Position numbers and translations under genes: made by a program. A stretch of 63,605 bases of DNA, the filler included, from Candidatus Hydrogenedentota bacterium (GTDB lineage Bacteria > JBFMHD01): the NCBI GenBank assembly GCA_040752395.1. It is 7 parts of 7 records of this genome, joined end to end, with 100 filler letters (N's around TTAATTAATTAA, not from the genome) between each part and the next. Parts side by side here need not be neighbours in the genome. Positions count along the whole stretch, not along the records: positions 54,908 to 63,605 come from JBFMHD010000119.1; 6 more parts are not named here. One strand, 5' to 3'. The notes beneath the pieces were generated by a model. The model was not told where the DNA came from, made no database searches, and saw nothing but the letters and a program-made list of their open reading frames with translations. Positions 59,638-63,605 of the stretch are shown here, one piece after another (the stretch's first letter is position 1; each line of letters opens with the position of its first letter).

Positions 59638-60630
59638 ATGAAAGCTATTGCTGTTGTTTCAGGTGGGCTTGATAGTATGCTAAGCGCAAAACTTATAATG
59701 AATCAAGGGATAGAAGTTACAGGTGTCCATCTCTTAATACCTTTTTCCAAATATGCAAACGAAAATATTTATAGAGAAAAAGTAAAAGAGCTCGGTAAGA
59801 ATCTTGGTATAGAGATAATAGCTTTAAGCACCGGTATAGATTATCTTGAGCTCATTAAGAAGCCACGCTATGGCTATGGCAAAAATATCAATCCCTGTAT
59901 CGACTGTCATATTTATATGTTTAAAAGAGCTAAAAAATTAATGGAAGAAATTGATGCAAAATTTATTATAACAGGTGAGGTGCTCGGACAGAGACCTATG
60001 AGTCAGAACAAAGCTACATTAGAATTAATAGAAAAAAGGAGTGAGTTACAGGGCTTGATTGTAAGACCACTCTCTGCAAAAGCTTTAAAAGAAACGATAC
60101 CTGAAAAAGAGGGCCGGATAGATAGAGAAAAACTTCTTGGGATTGTTGGTAAATCACGAAAAATACAATTAGAAAAAGCAAGAGAACTTGGATTACAGGG
60201 TTATGGTACACCTGCTGGTGGCTGTCTCCTCACTGACCCTGGTTTTGCAAGAAGAGTACAAGACCTTATAAAATCAGATATGCTGACCTTAGATACTATT
60301 GATTTAATTAAAAATGGGAGATATTTTGCTTTGTCTGATAAGTTTAAATTGATTGTCGCTAGAGATTATAATGAGAATATCAATTTAAAATCGCTTGCTA
60401 AAGAGCGATATTTAGTTATTGAATCTATCTCAAAAGGGCCTGATGCGATAGGGATTGGCGATATCAATGATGAGAGGATTAAACAATCAGTAGAGATTGT
60501 GGCGTACTATTGTAAAAAAGAGAAAGAGCATGCCAGGATAAAGTATGGGATTTATCCAGAGACAGGGAAGTATGAAATGTCTATTAACAGAAATGAGATA
60601 AAAATAGATTTACAAAAAGGGGCGGTATGA
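59638..60630 (+). CDS. ThiI/MnmA-like PP-loop tRNA thiouridylase-family protein
   Basis: SGGLDS, NPCIDC, TGEVLGQRPMSQ, PAGGCLLT. Confidence 0.85.
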   Translation: MKAIAVVSGGLDSMLSAKLIMNQGIEVTGVHLLIPFSKYANENIYREKVKELGKNLGIEIIALSTGIDYLELIKKPRYGYGKNINPCIDCHIYMFKRAKKLMEEIDAKFIITGEVLGQRPMSQNKATLELIEKRSELQGLIVRPLSAKALKETIPEKEGRIDREKLLGIVGKSRKIQLEKARELGLQGYGTPAGGCLLTDPGFARRVQDLIKSDMLTLDTIDLIKNGRYFALSDKFKLIVARDYNENINLKSLAKERYLVIESISKGPDAIGIGDINDERIKQSVEIVAYYCKKEKEHARIKYGIYPETGKYEMSINRNEIKIDLQKGAV

Positions 60631-61703
60631 GAGAAAAAGTAGCTGTTGCTATGTCAGGCGGCGTTGATTCTTCAACTACTGCTTATCTATTAAAAGAAGA
60701 AGGTTATGATGTTCTTGGCATATTTTTGAAATTTTTTAGAACCAACGATGATAAAGAAAGAATAAGCTGCTGTGGGATCCAGGGTAGAGAGGATGCAAGA
60801 AGCGTAGCAAAACATATTGGTATCCCGTTTTATGTATTAAACTATGAACAGAGTTTCCAAAAAGAGGTAATAGAAAACTTCTGTCTGGAATACAGAAATG
60901 CCAGGACACCTAATCCGTGCGTGTTATGTAATAAAAAAGTGAAGCTTGGTAGATTATTACAGGAGATGCAGATAGCTGAGATACAATATGTAGCAACAGG
61001 TCACTATGCAAATATTGAGTATGATAAAAATATAAAACGATACCTCCTTAAAAAAGGTAAAGATGTAGCTAAAGACCAGTCATATTTTTTATATGCATTA
61101 AATCAGGTTCAACTCTCGCGACTGAAGTTTCCACTCGGGAATTATACAAAAGATGAGGTAAGAAAAATAGCACAAAAAGCCGGCCTCTTTGTGTGCGATA
61201 AACCGGCCAATCAGGAAATCTGTTTTATCCCAGATAATGATTATAAAAGATTTTTATTAAAAAGACACCCCGAGTTAAATAGTCCAGGATATATACTCTT
61301 CAAAGATGGTAAAATATTAGGTGAACATAAAGGAATAGCATTTTACACGATTGGTCAGAGAGAGGGTTTAGGTATATCTCATAAAAAGCCGTTATATGTT
61401 ATTAAAATTGATAAAAACAATAACACGATTATTGTTGGGGAAGAAGAGGATCTTTATAGTTCTGAGCTTACTGCTTGTGAATTAAATCTCATAGCAGTTG
61501 AAAAGATTATAGAACCATTAAAAGTAAAGGCAAAGATCAGGTATAATCACAAAGAAGCAGAGGCTATAGCAGAAAAAATATCAGATGATAGAATAAAGAT
61601 AAAATTCAAAGAGCCGCAGCGAGCGATAACACGCGGTCAGTCTGTTGTTATGTATCAAGACGATACAGTCATCGCCGGTGGCATAATCGAGGCAGAGGGT
61701 TAA
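60627..61703 (+). CDS. mnmA: tRNA 2-thiouridylase MnmA
   Basis: AMSGGVDS, PNPCVLCN, ATGHYA, KDQSYFL, TIGQR.GLG. Confidence 0.96.
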   Translation: MREKVAVAMSGGVDSSTTAYLLKEEGYDVLGIFLKFFRTNDDKERISCCGIQGREDARSVAKHIGIPFYVLNYEQSFQKEVIENFCLEYRNARTPNPCVLCNKKVKLGRLLQEMQIAEIQYVATGHYANIEYDKNIKRYLLKKGKDVAKDQSYFLYALNQVQLSRLKFPLGNYTKDEVRKIAQKAGLFVCDKPANQEICFIPDNDYKRFLLKRHPELNSPGYILFKDGKILGEHKGIAFYTIGQREGLGISHKKPLYVIKIDKNNNTIIVGEEEDLYSSELTACELNLIAVEKIIEPLKVKAKIRYNHKEAEAIAEKISDDRIKIKFKEPQRAITRGQSVVMYQDDTVIAGGIIEAEG

Positions 61704-61740
61704 GAAGAGATTATATAGGATATCTATAGATTTAAGTAAA

Positions 61741-61883
61741 GCCTCAGTTATTGGTGCAGTAGAACTTATACTTTAGAAGCAAGAAGCAAGAAGTCTGACT
61801 CCTGACTCCTAATTTTGAATTTTTCAATCTTTCAATCTTTCAATCTTTGTGCCTGATGGTAGTATGGTTTCCACCGAAGACTG
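61741..61883. repeat. Stacked modules: CCTCAGTT arm, GCAAGAA, CTGACTC, (TTTCAATC)x3
   Basis: Shared with 22412-22479 (reverse complement) and 17262-17292. Confidence 0.8.
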
Positions 61884-61974
61884 AGAACGTGTGAAATAAT
61901 CATCATTAATACCGGGCAACTCTTTTATTATCAGCCCCTGTTTTCTGAAAAAATCTAATTTTTTCACAGGTTCT
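61884..61974. mobile_element. MITE-like element, same TIR family as 57154-57301
   Basis: AGAACGTGTGAAA / TTTCACAGGTTCT. Confidence 0.6.
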
Positions 61975-62227
61975 GAGGGAATACAGATTTAACCTGATTT
62001 TGATTGACGCTATGATATACAAAGAATAAAATGTAAATATGTTAGAGAATTTTATATTTCCAGAAGAGATAAATACACTTATACGACTTGGAAAAGTGCT
62101 TAAGGAACAGGTTTTGTATTACATTAATCATTCACAATATACCGTTGATTTGTGTTTGAGTATCGCAAAGGAAGGGGGCAAAGGATGAGTCATAGTGGAA
62201 GGGAAAAGACTCCCGGAGGCCTCAATT

Positions 62228-63604
62228 ATGTTGGGTTTTAAGAAAATAATTGTAACAGCATTATTACTCTTTCTTTTTTTTACCACCACTACCATAGCTT
62301 TTGATGAATACTGGTACGGGATTTATTTACAGAATAGTTTGATAGGCTGGGCTAAAACTTTATTCAGTGAAAATAATAAATCAATTAAAATAGAGACAGA
62401 GAGCAGAATGAAGATTAAGGCTATGGATGTAAGCATCGATATTTCTACTACAAATTATACTACTATAGCTACTAAAGATTTTAAACCTGAAAGCTATTAT
62501 TATAAATTAAAAGGTGGTATTCAAAATACTGAGATAAAAGGGAAAAGAGAGAAAGATAAATTCAAGCTTATAATTGATAATGGGTATAAAATACTTGAGA
62601 AAACATACAACATTGACGAATTAACACTACCTGCTGTCGCCGATTATCTTATCTCTAAAGAAAAGCTACACCCAGACTGGAAAAAAGAATTAAATGTCTT
62701 CTCTCCTGAATTAATGGATAAATTGAATATTAAAATGTCTGTTACAGGTGAACGAGAATTGATACATAATAAAGAAAAGATTGAGTGCTATATCATTGAA
62801 ACATTAATAGGGAATATAAGAATGTTAAGTTTTACAGGTAAAAAAGATAATATCTGTTATCGGATAGACCAGGCCGCAGGTATATCGCTTGTTTTGAAAC
62901 ACAAAGAAGAGATACTTGCTCGTTTTAAAGACGAAAAAGAAGTTGAGATAGATTTAATGAAGAGTTTTTGTGTACCTGTCAATACTCAACTCCAAAGAGG
63001 CACTGATAAAATAAGATTAAAAATCAGAGGTATTTCGGATTACCATGGTCTTGAGATAGCGGGTTTATTTCAGGATGTTATGATTGATAAAGATACTCTT
63101 TTTGTAACTATTTGTAGAAGAATAGAGACGGAATCACGGCTTGATAAGAATTTGTATCTTAAAGACGATTATGATAAGATAATAAAAGATAAAGCGCTGG
63201 CTATTACGAAAAAATGCGATACAAACAAAGAAAGAGTAAAAGCATTATATGACTGGATTGATAAGAACATTTCAAAAAAAGTAACGTTTTCTATCCCTGA
63301 CCCCTTACAGGTATTAAAAACAGGTCAGGGTGATTGTAATGAGATAAGTGTTTTATTTACAGCTTTTTGCAGAAGTTGTAATATCTCCTGTAGAACAGTC
63401 GTCGGTCTCGTCGGAATGGATGACGGATTTTATTATCACGCATGGAACGAGGTACTCACAGAGGATGGTTGGCAATCAGTAGATGCAGCCCTTTCGCAAT
63501 TTCCGGCTGATGCTTTACATCTGAGGATTGTTTCGGCAGAGGCTAAAGATTTGTTAAAAATGGCTGGCGCTGTTTGTGACTATAAAATAGAAGTCATTGA
63601 GTAA
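62228..63604 (+). CDS. Secreted transglutaminase-like domain protein
   Basis: Signal peptide; GDCNE, HAWNEV, W..VD catalytic triad. Confidence 0.88.
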   Translation: MLGFKKIIVTALLLFLFFTTTTIAFDEYWYGIYLQNSLIGWAKTLFSENNKSIKIETESRMKIKAMDVSIDISTTNYTTIATKDFKPESYYYKLKGGIQNTEIKGKREKDKFKLIIDNGYKILEKTYNIDELTLPAVADYLISKEKLHPDWKKELNVFSPELMDKLNIKMSVTGERELIHNKEKIECYIIETLIGNIRMLSFTGKKDNICYRIDQAAGISLVLKHKEEILARFKDEKEVEIDLMKSFCVPVNTQLQRGTDKIRLKIRGISDYHGLEIAGLFQDVMIDKDTLFVTICRRIETESRLDKNLYLKDDYDKIIKDKALAITKKCDTNKERVKALYDWIDKNISKKVTFSIPDPLQVLKTGQGDCNEISVLFTAFCRSCNISCRTVVGLVGMDDGFYYHAWNEVLTEDGWQSVDAALSQFPADALHLRIVSAEAKDLLKMAGAVCDYKIEVIE

Positions 63605-63605
63605 G

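Noticed and set aside
301-60211. Many short antisense or alternate-frame ORFs overlapping recognised genes
   Set aside because: Shadow ORFs with no motifs or RBS.
1-63605. Diversity-generating retroelement or retron as source of the repeats
   Set aside because: No reverse transcriptase and no adenine-specific TR/VR pair seen in the window.

Overview
The window is not one locus. It is seven contigs of about 8.7-9.1 kb, ordered by decreasing length and joined by artificial 100-nt N-TTAATTAATTAA-N linkers. The organism is an AT-rich, probably anaerobic diderm bacterium (standard code; taxon not assignable by eye). Most genes are housekeeping: yajC, acyP, cls, surE, ade, nuoA-D/H/I, trpE/G, pheA-hisC-aroF-tyrA-cmk-ispH, gltX, cysK, mnmA, ahbC/D-like, queH, two tRNAs, surface-glycan genes and a partner-switching module. 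There are also scattered small toxin-antitoxin-type genes and IS remnants. The main signal is intergenic: more than 15 copies of a modular repeat system built from 7- and 8-nt tandem units, often as inverted arrays bounded by TGAAAA...TTTTC(A). Many modules begin at an SD+ATG and end by supplying a new SD (TTTTC(A/G)(G/A)AGGAG) just before the next real gene. One recurrent terminal module also carries an extended -10-like motif. My inference is a family of start-codon-targeting, RBS-restoring mobile cassettes that stack inside operons. One heptamer array lies inside an O-antigen-ligase-like gene and could cause phase variation. All product calls come from motif recognition; no database search was run.
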